A DNA stretch of 62,555 bases, counting the filler, from Choristocarpus tenellus KU-1152 (taxonomy: Eukaryota; Protista; Phaeophyceae), in assembly GCA_964200185.2 (NCBI GenBank). It is 9 parts of 9 records of this genome, joined end to end, with 100 filler letters (N's around TTAATTAATTAA, not from the genome) between each part and the next. Parts side by side here need not be neighbours in the genome. Positions count along the whole stretch, not along the records: positions 38,912 to 42,570 come from CAXNAD020018673.1; positions 42,671 to 54,381 come from CAXNAD020002172.1; 7 more parts are not named here. One strand, given 5' to 3'. This document shows positions 39,481 through 51,570 of the stretch, piece by piece. The first letter of the stretch is position 1; each line of letters opens with the position of its first letter. The position numbers and the translations under genes are program-made. The notes beneath the pieces are model-generated. The model had not been told where the DNA came from. It saw only the letters and a program-made list of their open reading frames with translations, and made no database searches.

Positions 39481-40582
39481 TAGTAATGTAGGTACGTATC
39501 ATAGTTCTTATGTTGATGTTCGTCAAGATGTGCAAGAGGAAAACACTGAAGAGGGTGTGGATGGTTGAGGTCGAAAACCATGTTGATTGGTAGAGCCTCT
39601 AGGATATGAAACTTAATTGGGCAGATGCTTAACGTATAAAGGGCACGATGATTGGTTCGGGGTAGGGGCTCGAGGGGGAAGATGACACTGATTGGTAGAG
39701 GGTCGAGCTTATTTCTTGTGTGATGACAAAAGAACATCCACGCTATCACTGTTTCCATTGAAACGGATGGATGTAATTTTTCTAGTTACAAATGTTAAGG
39801 ACCACTTCACCAAAGTAGTAACGTCATCTCAATACACGACACTACTTCTCGAGGGTCTCCTCAATCTTTGGACTGCATGTCACGGAGACACGGGGATCGA
39901 CCTTGCGGGGAACAAGAACATGGTATTTGTGCCGAATCAATGTAACAACCAAGTCTTTGAATCACACAAGGTGTATTGTCTTGGGAGGCAACAACTAGTA
40001 AATATCATCAAACCGAGACGAGATGATCACTCCAGATGGTCGGAAGAGCAACTCGGTGTCCTCGCCTTATCTTCATAGTCAAAGAGGATCCGACTCCACG
40101 CTCCCACCTTGTAGTGAGAGCTTAGCTCACTCTCGGGTGAGACAAGGGGTGACACAAACGATCTCCAAAGAGTCCAACTGGTTCGGTTCCCTGGAAGGGG
40201 TATTTAGTAGCATGATATATATGGTATTGGTCCCAATAGTCCATGAACTGTGTATGTCTCCACCTATTGAATAGAGAGATCAGCACTTAGTTCGCCGAAT
40301 CTTGTGGTTTAATGAAAGCGAGGAAGTAGGTGGAAATTTCGATTGGTATAACCCCAACGCTCTTTCCTCCTGAATATTGTGAAGTACGTCCTGCAGGTAG
40401 GTGTTTCCTAAATGACTGGGTGCTCACGATTTCTCGTGAAAATGTTTTTCATCGTACTTTACTTGTCATCCACTTCTTTGGAAGGTAGATCAACTTGTAA
40501 GAGTACGTTACACATGGGCATATCGCTACTAGCTCTACCCATAAAGGTCGGCATGATATCGGCACATCCTCTGCTGGAATAG

Positions 40583-42515
40583 GTGGCCGATGCGACATCT
40601 CTAGTTTTGACCGGATTCAAGATTGCCGGGATGAACTCCTTGGTAGGACCTGGGGTAGTAGAGGTCAATGGAAATGAAGATCGTGCTCCCGCTGGGATGC
40701 AAAAGAAATGGCAACAACATTTTGTCTATGGGAAGTGGCTCCAGCTGGGGAAGCACTCCTGTCAGGCAAGGCAAAAAAAAATAGCGGGGGCTTGAGGCAT
40801 GACCTCATTCCATAGGCAAGCCCCTCGAAATTGTTGGTTTGGGTTCATTCGCCTCAAAACGTTTGGTGCATAAATGACTCAAAGTATCTGAGGGGGGGTG
40901 GCGGCTGTCCATTTGGGACCCAAATTTCCCATTTCGCAATTTTTGGGTGATTTGGTTGCAGGTGTCGGATGGATATTTGCAAGTGCACTTTTCCTGGTCA
41001 GGGCCCAAATGGACACCCTGGTGTAGACCCCACCCCCCCCCCCCCCACAGATACTTTGAGTCAATACTATTCAGATCCAACAGCACCTAGTTATATCCTT
41101 CCATATCCTCAAAGGCATGCCACGTGTCTTTCATGGATCAAGACAACGACTAAGTGCACCAATGCTGGGTGTCATATAGGTTGTACCCTTCATTACATTC
41201 AAGTCGCACCACAAATGACTGCTGCACTTGACCTCTTTCACCCGACAGATCGGAGTGATGGTATTCTTGGTCGTATGTGTTGCTTGGTCCCAGCTACTAT
41301 ACAGATGTGCTCTGGACAGCAAAGTCATGTTTGAGGCTGTGATAGACAGCCAGGATCAGGCAGCACTTGATAAAACATATCTCAAGTGGCTAGAGGGGTT
41401 GTACTCCCAAGAGGTATGGAGTACAGACAATTCATCTTGAGTATCACAATCTAGGAGGAAAACACTTCGTAAAGTGTAGCTGTCTGGGCCGAATAATCAT
41501 TTATTATGAAATGGAAAAGCTTGTGCAGAGTACTTACGAGGTTACCTAAATCCGCTTGACTTTTCCTGAGCAAAATGATTAACTTACCAAATCTAGCTGG
41601 TGGTAGGAGCTTGTATATGCTTCTCCTTTGATGTTGTCTAGATGTGAGATAAACTCTGCAATTAATTTTTTTTGTTGATAAACCTTTAGTTGTGCAAAGG
41701 TGTATTTTTCTCTTGTGTGAATGGACGAGCGGGAAAAGAAATGGTGTTCAATGCAGTTCAAGCTGAACACTGTACTGTCTGTGCACCATAGGAGGAAAAG
41801 TTGGGTGAACATTCCTTGCACAGCTTCTATGTGTGGCACATCTCCAACCCGGCAGAAATAATGGAGCAAGGCTTCAAGGTGGGTGCCACCATCTGGCCAC
41901 TAAACTACTGTAATTTACTCTGGACATGTTATTTACACTAGTATGAGGTGTCCTGGACCTGTGATCCGAAGTTAGTCAATAGAAGGCAATACACACTCTT
42001 GAGGTTGTTGTGGTGAGTGTGCAAGTGCCCTGATCTGCTTGTGCAGCCTCAGCTGCTGCTAGAGCATGACATACAGCAGCTATGGCAGGTTCACTTGATC
42101 ATAGATAGAGCTTGTTGTGCCGCCATCTGTACGCTTGTATCACCTGTGCTGATTGGTTGCTCATGAGCTCCATCCCTGAAACATAAAAAAAGACTGGCAC
42201 ACAAACACACACACACACAAGATGCAATGCACTTGATGAGAAATATTCAGTCACAGGGAGTTCCAGAACAATTTGATGTGCTTCACACAGGTCCAGTTCA
42301 ATGTGCTTCATATTTATTGCACATTGATGTTCCAGAGATCTAACCAAGCCATGCCCTATAAAACTGTAACCATAATCATAACTCCTACTTCTTAGCCTAA
42401 ACTCAGGGAGACTGGTCCATTTGGATATGTGAAGAAGACAACAAAATATGATGTTCGTTTCTCGTCAGATGACAGCCGTACAGTCACCTTCCGACAGTGG
42501 ACATACTTTGAACCA
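40583..42515 (+). CDS. CD36/scavenger receptor class B (LIMP-2-like) protein, 5' part; exons ~40583(ATG 40631)-40765, 41249-41413, 41792-41878, 42396-42515
   Basis: TM segment IGVMVFLVVCVAW, then TYLKW, then FYVWHISNPAEIMEQGFK|PKLRETGPFGYVKKTTKYDVRFSSDDSRTVTFRQWTYFEP, matching the CD36 motifs FY+FN+TNP.E+..G.KP.L.E.GP+.Y and TVTY. Junctions are phase 0. The first exon relies on a GC donor and is less certain. Confidence 0.85.
40876..41062. mobile_element. MITE family A, full length, in a CD36-gene intron
   Basis: Perfect 15-bp TIR GACTCAAAGTATCTG...CAGATACTTTGAGTC with an AAT target-site duplication. Inverted subterminal TGTCCATTTGGG/CCCAAATGGACA. Confidence 0.95.
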
Positions 42516-42526
42516 GTGAGTCTAAT

Positions 42527-42550
42527 GGGTCAAAGTATCTGGGGGGGTGG
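42527..42550. mobile_element. MITE family A terminus near the contig end
   Basis: AAT|GGGTCAAAGTATCTGGGGGG starts 12 nt into the intron after the CD36 exon. Confidence 0.8.
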
Positions 42551-42678
42551 GTGGTGGTTTGTAAAGGGGCNNNNNNNNNNNNNNNNNNNNNNNNNNNNNN
42601 NNNNNNNNNNNNNNTTAATTAATTAANNNNNNNNNNNNNNNNNNNNNNNNNNNNNNNNNNNNNNNNNNNNCTGCCAGT

Positions 42679-42850
42679 GACCTAAAGTATCTGGGGGGGG
42701 GGCTTACACCAGGTGTCCATTTGGGGCTAAATCAGGAAAACTGCATTTACATTATCCGTCCAACGTATGAAACCAAATCACCCAAGAACGACGAAATGAA
42801 AAAGTGGACCCCAAATGGACAGCCGCCACCCCCCCTAGATACTTTGAGCC
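42679..42850. mobile_element. MITE family A, full length
   Basis: AGT|GACCTAAAGTATCT...AGATACTTTGAGCC|AGT gives a 3-bp TSD AGT. Confidence 0.92.
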
Positions 42851-43369
42851 AGTGCGAGTCTTTAACCGTGTCAAACCTGGGTTTAAAACCTATCTGACCT
42901 CCAGAAATGCTTGGATCATGACAAACGTGGAGTACAAGACAAACTAACGGGCGGAGAATGACCAACTGGTCGCTAAACATGTTCCTCTTGCGAAGATGAC
43001 CTGGTATATACGAACGTTACACTAGTGAGCCATTTCAAAGGGATTATTACGACATTGGCCTAGTTGTTTCCTTATCAGGTGGTGGGGCAACACTGGGGAA
43101 CTGTAACACATCTGAAATATGGTCCAAACTCAAACCTCTGTTCCTTGCACGATTGCTCCGGGTCTACCGTAGGAAATACAGGAGTGGAATATTTATAGCA
43201 AATAATTAACAGTTGCTTTGAACGAGGTATTGCTTGATCAAGGTTAGGTAGAAGCAGGTAACTCGGATTCCCTTTTAACATGTGTAGTAAATGAAAAATT
43301 TCCTCTGGGTACAATATGATAGATGGATTCCAGCATTGGAGGAACAGATTTCTCCAGTTCCTCAAAATT

Positions 43370-45265
43370 CAACTACGAGCTAGAATGTCAGGTGTAACAT
43401 TTAGCAGACCAGGCTTCTGCTTGACAGCGAAATCAAAAGCTTGAAATAGGATGGCCCAATGAGTAGGCAAACTATTTCTGTTATCCTGCAGTCTATTCAA
43501 GTAACTCAATGTGGCGTTATCAGCAATGCAGACATTTTGTCTATTCCAGATATATGGAAAGTAATGAGTGACATGACTGCATGGCACTCCCTCAATGTAA
43601 TTGAATAATAGTGATGCTGAGCTTCATTGAGTTTCTTGCTGAGGTAAGCAATGATACCTAGGTCATCAGGATTATTGACTTGGGGTTGTGCTAAAAACCT
43701 TCTACCACCACTTTCACTGGCATCAACATCGACGCCACAATCTTTGTTGAAGTCAGGGAATACGAGTACCAAGGCTTCAGCGAGTAATTGTTTCATTTAT
43801 TTTGAAAAATACTTCAGCCCGGTCCATTCCCACTTCCTTAGAAACGTTCTTATTCACACCTTCCTTGGTAAAACGAATTAAGATTTTGATGATTATGGCT
43901 AAGTTGGGTATACATCAATAAAAAAATTACCGTACCTAAAACAGATCAAAGTGGTGGGTCTAGATAATTCAGTAATAATACGAGCCTGTTCTTCACTGAT
44001 ACGAATCCCCTCAGACGACAAAATGTGACCCGGATAACGGACTTCTTTAGGCCCAAATTGAATGTTTGACGGTTTCAGGGTTAACTCTGTTACCTGTAAA
44101 GCTGTGAACTGCTGCTGTAGGCAAATGCAGGTAACCTTCTCACTTGAGAGAAAAAGCAATCAAATCATCCATGTAAACGAGTAAAGAACTAAGTGGACCG
44201 AAATTGGCAAAGATTAAAGATATTTTTTCCCTGAAAGTGCCAGGGAGTATTTGATATCCCAAATGGCATTGTGTTGAAAACATGCTCACCTCTAGAAGGG
44301 ACAAGAGCAGTGTCATCAAGATTAGCTTCAGCAACTATAATCTGCCAATACCCACTCTGAACATCTTCAACAGTTAAGATATTTGAGCCGAAATATTAGA
44401 GAGCTAGATATTGTATTTTAAGGGTCCTGGGGGTAAGAAGATACTATTTTGTACAATTGCAGAAAAAACCTTGGTGATGAATTGTGGAGTCATTCTGTGT
44501 GTGGAAGGAGGGAATGTTAATTTTGTGCACATAGTGCAATGAAATTTGATGTACTGAACGATATTACTTGGAAGGCAAAAGGCCCCAACCTCTCAATTGA
44601 TTTGACTCTTTGACGCCCACAATGTCAATATGCAGTTCCATACATGGAAGAAAAGACATCATTGAAAAACGTGCCAGCCCTTGGGCTTGTCCTATTGTCA
44701 TCGTACCCAATTCTGGTGACTCTCCACGGTCTGTGTAGACTACTGCTCGACTGATAACATCTTGTGGGACAGACATGGTTTGTGCCTGATTGTTAACACA
44801 CAGGTCAACTAGTTTTTGTGTACAGATATTTGCTCTGTATGGATTCCTATCAACAAGTTTGGTACCAGGCTGTAAAGGAGTGTCTGCTTCAGGTATAGAG
44901 TATATTTGCCCAGATGTGCTGTATTCAACAAAAATACCAATCTCAAACGAGTACACAGATCTAAACGTTGAGACACTTGTAGCTGATTGAATGTGTTACC
45001 TCTGAAACCATTTGTCTTACTGAAAGCTTGATGTATCTCCTCTCTACCTTGACTGAGCAAGGCTGAATCGGTATTCGAAGCAAAACGGTTTTGAGCATCT
45101 GATCAGAAAAGGAGTCAAGTGGTCGATCACAAGGCTTTTCTTGTTCCGTACCCCACGTGAGTTTGAGTTTGCCAAATGAACTGAAACTGATTCACTATTG
45201 GCCGACCAAGTACTGAGAGTTGTGAGCGACAAAGGTACGTTTCCATGGATGTTCTGGTTCATCAT
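43370..45265 (-). pseudogene. Degenerate Ty3/Gypsy LTR-retrotransposon pol (RT-RNase H)
   Basis: PGTKLVDRNPYR; LVYMDDLIAFS (RT YxDD); LKPSNIQFGPKEVRYPGHILSSEGI; VLVFPDFNKDCGVDVDAS; IAYLSKKLNEAQHHYYSITLRECHAV; DNATL; HWAILFQAFDFAVKQKPG. Motifs are in Gypsy order but split by frameshifts and stops. Confidence 0.92.
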
Positions 45266-45384
45266 GCTGGTCTATCTTAGACATGGAATGTATAAGTGGC
45301 TCCTCTACAAAGGCAGTATCAAAGGACGGCCTGTTAGTAGTTGTACAACAATGATTTCATGAACAATTAATGGTATATACTACT

Positions 45385-45646
45385 GACCCAAAGCATTTAA
45401 GAGGATATGAGTTTTGCACTGTTTGTCCGTTCGGGGCTTGACTTCCCACGGGTTTTTTATGCCCTTTTTCGGTTTTCTGTGTGAACACAGTTACCTAAAA
45501 TGTATACAAGTTTGAAAGGTGTATCTGGAGCAAGGATATTGATACTTGCTTGGTAACAAGCACAATAGCCAAAATTCATCAAAATCGCAACATTGGATTC
45601 ATGATCCCAACTGGATGTGCCCTTACCCTAGGAAATACTCTGACTC
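45385..45646 (-). mobile_element. MITE family B, diverged full-length copy in reverse orientation
   Basis: ACT|GACCCAAAGCATTTAAGAGG...GAAATACTCTGACTC|ACT gives TSD ACT. The reverse complement aligns with 47247-47499. Confidence 0.85.
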
Positions 45647-45975
45647 ACTGGTTATATAAACGAGTGGGTAAAGACTCAAAATCTAGTTGAATAATCACCA
45701 CAGGACAGAAAGGAGTAGCACTTGTGACAGGTACTTGCTGTGTGGGTCTACATGTTGTGTGATGTCTTGCTCGAACGATATACGAGCTGTTGTGGAATGA
45801 GAGACATTGTTCTTGCCAATAAACGTTGCACCAAATGCCTGCATGACACTATTATCAAGCAGTGTATTTTATCAGGACCAAGTTGTGCAGTTGCTGAAGC
45901 TTCGACAAGCTATGTGGTACCACCTAGTGTAAGTGAGAAATTAATGTATCCATGAAAAGGCAGTGGTGAACCATT

Positions 45976-46143
45976 GAGGCAAAGTAAAGTTTTAATTGAG
46001 AGGGTTGATTTCTCTGTTGTTCGAAACTTTTCGATACAGTTTAAAAAATATCCTAAAAGCATTTACAAAAAAAGTCGAATTTTCCACATATTTTCCCGCA
46101 TCCTTAAAATCCAAGTCTGGGTACCTCTCGTTTACTTTGACTC
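45976..46143 (-). mobile_element. MITE family C partial copy
   Basis: The reverse complement begins GAGTCAAAGTAAACGAGAGGTACCCAGACTTGGATTTTAAGGAT and tracks 6127-6264. Confidence 0.75.
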
Positions 46144-47246
46144 GTTAGCAATACGCATATAGATTGCATCAGATGGTACAGGATGCATATTTAGACGTGT
46201 GTTGAGGGAGATTCTAAACAAATGCCTCTGAAATACATGGTACGTCTCTTGCAGTTTCTACAGTTAAGTCTTATTCCATTGCTGTTTGACGGAGCCAGAT
46301 ATACACGTTTTTTGATTAAAAGAAAAAGGAAATTGGTGTAGAAGTGTTCCTGCTACAAGAAACTATTGAAACAATTTGGTTATTCTTGTTTGACCCTCGC
46401 TAAAGTAAAGGCAAGACAAAATTCTTAGATACGAACGAACAGGTGGCAAACAATGCCTGAGGAGTAAGTGGTGTGAATGGTGTCAACCCATGATGCTTGC
46501 CACTCCCTGTGATAGTGTCAACGAAACCATGATCATTCTCAATTAGCAGGAGTGAAACCCATCTGGGCACCCGTAGAGACAAGGAGTATAATGACCATGA
46601 GCTGATCGTCTATCATCTCGACCTTAACGTCTAGGAGCTTTCCCCCTCCGTTGGAGGTGAGGTCGATGAGTACCCTCCAGTTTGTCAAGGATTAGTGTCG
46701 ATATCTTGCTCTTAAACCCTTCATCTGAATTCACCACTGTCGCCAATGTGAATAGAGTGATTTTGAGGCGGTGTTATTGAGCTGATGAAAGAATGGTGAA
46801 CAGTATCACAGGGCAAGAAGGACCACGTAACTGAGAGGACGAGGTTAAGATTGGACATGAGAGCCAGAACTGAGGTGGGAAGGATCGCAGTTTGGATGGG
46901 ATCTAGAAATAGAGACCTCTCAGAAATGGGAAATCCATCTTTTAAGAAAGGGCTCAAGAGATACCATGGAAAGTCATGGAAACGTATTCTTTCGAAGATC
47001 CAAAGTTGAACAGGAATTCTCAGAATAAAAGCTTAAACATTATGTCGGTTCATGGCACATGCCAATAATGGCATGGCAACAAACAATCCTGCTTTCCACA
47101 GCATGTGCCTTAAAAGCAAGCAAAACGTTTTCTGGATGAAATAGCGACGCATGCGGTAGGGGGTAGAGGGACAGAGGCTACAGCAGAAAATGGGCTGTCA
47201 AATTCTGTCTACGACAGATACTTTCTGTCAAAACGCAAGAAGCCCT

Positions 47247-47499
47247 GAGTCAAAGTATCTTAGAGGGTAGAGCCGCGTCCAATTGGGGGCCAAAATCCAA
47301 TGTTGCGATTTTGATGTAATTTTGGCTATCATTTTTGTTAAGTTTCAATATCCTTGTTCCAGACACACCTTTTCATAACGTACGCATTTTAATTACCGAA
47401 ACATTTTGGAGTAGGAAAATTTCACAAAAAAAACATGGGAAGCCAAGCTCCAAATGGACAAATGGGGCAAAACTTGTACCCTCTAAGATACTTTCGCTC
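47247..47499 (+). mobile_element. MITE family B, full length (253 bp)
   Basis: CCT|GAGTCAAAGTATCTTAGAGGGTA...TACCCTCTAAGATACTTTCGCTC|CCT gives a 23-bp TIR and a 3-bp TSD. Confidence 0.95.
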
Positions 47500-47510
47500 C
47501 CTATCCAGAC

Positions 47511-47782
47511 GTGTGATGCGTTTTAAGCTGGAGACACCAGGGAGATGGGCAAGGAAGGAGGGGTTTGTTAGATTTGTGGGATACTTCCCTAGCCCCTCTC
47601 ACTGGGGTGCAGGACTAAGCTAGGTTAGAGAAACAGGAAGGGACCGGTGTAGTATAACTGGTAGTAAAATAGTAGATAGATGAATGTCTTGCACATTTAT
47701 GACAACTGTTACTTTTTAGGGGTTATTTTGACATTTGAATGGTTTTCATTGGTTTTTCCACTGACACATCTGGAAAATGTCA
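47511..47782 (+). repeat. Unclassified dispersed repeat D (also 54482-54760; fragment 34329-34388)
   Basis: Collinear shared blocks ATGCGTTTTAA, CACCAGGGAGATGGGCA, TCCCTAGC, ACATTTATGA, GTTTTCATT, CTGACACATCT, AATGTCA. Confidence 0.8.
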
Positions 47783-48421
47783 TGATAATAAAATAATAAT
47801 CCATGCCATGGTACTGACTATTATTGTAACTAGTAGAGCATTTTGACCGTAGTTCACCGTGCCGTAGGATTTTGACTATGGTAATCGCTAACATATTTTA
47901 CAGTGGCAATTCCATAATTACCTCACCTTTACTGTCGAAGATATTAATCGGTAATCCCTAGTGTACCATACCATGGTAATTCCAGAACGACTGTACTCCT
48001 ACTGTCCAAAAAATTCAACGGCAATGGCTACTCTACCATACTCCTATATTATTATTCCCTCTGACTAGTTCATTGGTTATCCTACCCAGTTGTGAGCAAG
48101 CCCGTGTTTTCATAGGTTGTTACTCAAACAGGCTAAACCATAATTCAAAAATATATGACAGGAAACTAATATCCTATCCAGATCTTTGCAACATTTCTAT
48201 GGGATCCAACCCAGGAGTTGATAACTCAAGAAGTGGTCACTCAAACAGGCCAAGATATTATGCACATGAGCACCAACATCTCAAGCACACCTTTCTGATA
48301 ACCCTCCGGGATCCAACCCAGTAGTTGATATCCCCCATGACTGATTGGACTCTGCCTCACAACCTTTACATTTGGTTTCTGTTATTTGTTCATTTTTCTG
48401 AGGGTTGTGTGGTTTTAGATA

Positions 48422-48600
48422 GGCTCGAAGTATTTTTTGGGGAGGGGAAGGGTTCACACCAGGGTGTCCATTTGGACCTTGACCAGGAGAAGTGAACTTA
48501 CATTATCCATCCGACTCATGCAATCAAATCACCCAAAAATCTCGACATGGAAAAATGGGCCCCGAATGGACAGCCGCCACCTCCCCAGATGCTTGGAGCC
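48422..48600. mobile_element. MITE family A, diverged full-length copy
   Basis: GGCTCGAAGTATT...CAGATGCTTGGAGCC with the family A interior (CACCAGGGTGTCCATTTGG...TGACCAGGAGAAGTGAACTT...GAATGGACAGCCGCCAC). No clean TSD. Confidence 0.88.
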
Positions 48601-51348
48601 TGATCACACAACACCCTGCACCATCACATTTCACCATCACACAGTCACACCGTAAGAACCTAGCAACTGTACAGTACGGTTAGACAGTGGACATAGCTGT
48701 CTTTTTTTTTCTTTTTGGGACTGAGCAATGGAGGTGGAAAGTGACATGTCAAGGGCTGAGGAAAGGGGGATTGATGAAGAAGAGGAAGAGATGACCTCTT
48801 CGTCAGAGGATGACCCCTCAAATGCTCCTGAGGACATTGAAAACATAAACTTCTGAGATTGGCAACACAGCATCAGGTTCAGATAGGCCTACTTGATATT
48901 TTGCTAAAGTTGGTTCAAGGGGCAGCATGGCAATGGAGACAGTTATTGAGGCCACCAACCCAGGGGAATCTGCCAGGAGATCAGTGGTGTGGATATATTG
49001 TCCCAAACAGGAGCTATGAAAAAGAACATGAGGTGTGCTGTCTTGGTCGTCAAAAAAGGGAAAGAGATCGAGTGTGGACTTCTCCTCACTCACAATTCCA
49101 ACCACGGCACATCTGAGCTCATCACCCACCAAACCAGTTTCACAAACAGAAACACAAAGAAGTGATCGAATCTAGCATACAGCCAACAAAGGTCAAGATG
49201 ACTAGGGCATAACCGATCTGTGAGAGGGGTATGGCGAGAGTAGTTTCTATGCCAAATAGCCCATGCATCTTTGTGCAGTAATTTGCTTTTGGTGGATAAG
49301 TGTTGGTGTAGAGATGAAGTGGGGGATCCCCAACTTGTCTCAGAGGTGGCTCCCACATTGTGTAGGATGGTCATATGTGGTAGAAACCCGAATCACTGTG
49401 GAAAACTGTGGAACCAGTGTACTTACTGTCCACACCATGTTCTCCGAATGTCAACACACTGTGGGAAATGGAAAAATTCCCCCTGGGGTTTTCCCTGAAG
49501 TTACTCTTACCATAACATCCGCAATTTCACAGCATAGCTTAATCCTACGCACCATAAGTTTTCAAAAACACTGGTATCATACCATATATATATGGCATAT
49601 TTTACGGTAGATTGCACTATGTCGTACCATACTCTGTCCAAATCATTACTGTGATGTATGACTTTTTTTTTTGTAGACAGTAGTGTGTAGTACCGAGTTC
49701 TTGGCAAAAATCCCCATCACCGTGCCTAAGTATAAAATCACGATCATGATCAGACTTAATAGTAGTGCAGATCTGCCCGGAACTCGCTCAAGATAGAGCC
49801 TACAGATGGTAGCTGCAGTAGGTCCATACGAGCACACATGCAAAAAGGAAAGACCTTGACACCAACACATGAGGTGTGAGATACAGTGGCTGCGCAATAC
49901 AGAGGAAGTCACAGTGATGAGTTGGAGTCAGTTAGAGCCAAATCTGTGGAGTCTTGTTCAAAATATGTTCTATGAAGAGGCGTTGATGCAAGCACACTTG
50001 CAAGAAGGTTCAATAATGAGGGGTTGGATACACCTCCGAGAACATTGTAATCTTCGAAGCTGGTAACCGTATCTGCTCAGGAAAATCAATGAATGGATGC
50101 CTTTTCTTGCCACGTTGTGGTTGTCTCTTAACTTCTTTTGTCTTCATCTTCACGAATGTTGTCATAACTCTTAACCACACACAGCCCTGACAACAAATAT
50201 CCATGTGTAAAAACGAAAATGCAGCAAATCAATCATTGAAGTTCATATCCTGAAGTCCATATACATATGCTACCAACATACACAAAACACGTAAGCTACA
50301 TTAGCAAAATGTCACGAACTTTTATCAACCAAATAAATACCCAGAAAAAAATGTCAAGACGCTAGACACAAGCACTGTATGTCTATGCCTTTGTGCATGA
50401 AAAAGTACTGCTTGATCTCAAGCAAATGGACAGCATGCGAACACCCGACAACACAAAAGACACAAACAATAGTAAGGGTCGAACAGTTCAGCACCAATCG
50501 TACAATCAAAAACTACTTTGAAATCAAAAGCAACGGGGACATGCACATAAAACCTGAATCGACAAACACATCACACTCAGAGCAGTCTAGAGGCCAACAA
50601 CAACATATCATACATGCCAACAAATTCTTACAAACACATGTACACCATGAACATCAAATCTGTACAGCAAAGTGTGGACGCCTAAATAAACAGCAGAGCA
50701 ATCAGATCACCTAGATGCTCAATGTGACCAAAAACAATACATCACACCAAGACCAAAAAAAGAGAAGTCGAAATTGGCTTTTTTTTTTTCCCACAGGACG
50801 TAGGTAACCTGAGATAGCTCAACGTTGTGCCTTGAAAACCCCACAACATGACATAATAGTGGGACATGACATAGTGCCAATTCCTGTCTAATCCAAATAC
50901 TAGATCCTCTTCCCTCCTCACCCCCAAAAGTAGACAACATGGAAGGTTCATACCCTATAAGCCTGTACTCAAGGGAGATCAATCAGGCCAGGGCGGGGAA
51001 CAAGGGATGACTGCCAACTTTGAAAATCTTCGAACATGGAGTGCTTTCGACAAATGTTAATAGGGTAGTGGATGTTGCCGGGCAGATTGCATCCTAGTCA
51101 CCAAACATGACATACAGCCCATCCCATTGTTGTAAACACAAATCTCCATAAATGTCTCCCCTGCTTCTAATCTTTTACTGCTATGATCAACTAGTCTTGA
51201 CACCTACTAGGTAAATAAATCACCAAAAAAGAACACACAAACACACACAAACACAAACACAAACACACACAAACAAACACACACACACACACAAACACAA
51301 ACACACACGCACAATCAGGGGCAGCAGTGTTGATAGGCATCATCAACC

Positions 51349-51535
51349 CTATTGAGCAGTCCCGTGCCAAGGTCTCTCAACTTGTACGAAACGGTTATAC
51401 AAAAGCCAGTCCATTTGCAGTGTTGAATTGAGACGATTCAATTGCTTTGGACTGAAGTCCGACAGTGTCACCACCTTCCCACTGTTGGCATTTGTAACCT
51501 ATTCAGCGTTTCGGTTGAAGGGTATTGGTTGGAAC

Positions 51536-51570
<35 letters not shown>

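Noticed and set aside
39480-40200. 128-aa ORF (39692-40078) as a host gene
   Set aside because: No recognisable domain or splice-supported structure, and it lies beside retroelement debris.
27678-42515. Apparent immune cluster (SPRY protein, LRR protein, CD36 receptor side by side)
   Set aside because: The three genes lie on different contigs separated by artificial linkers, so adjacency is not evidence.
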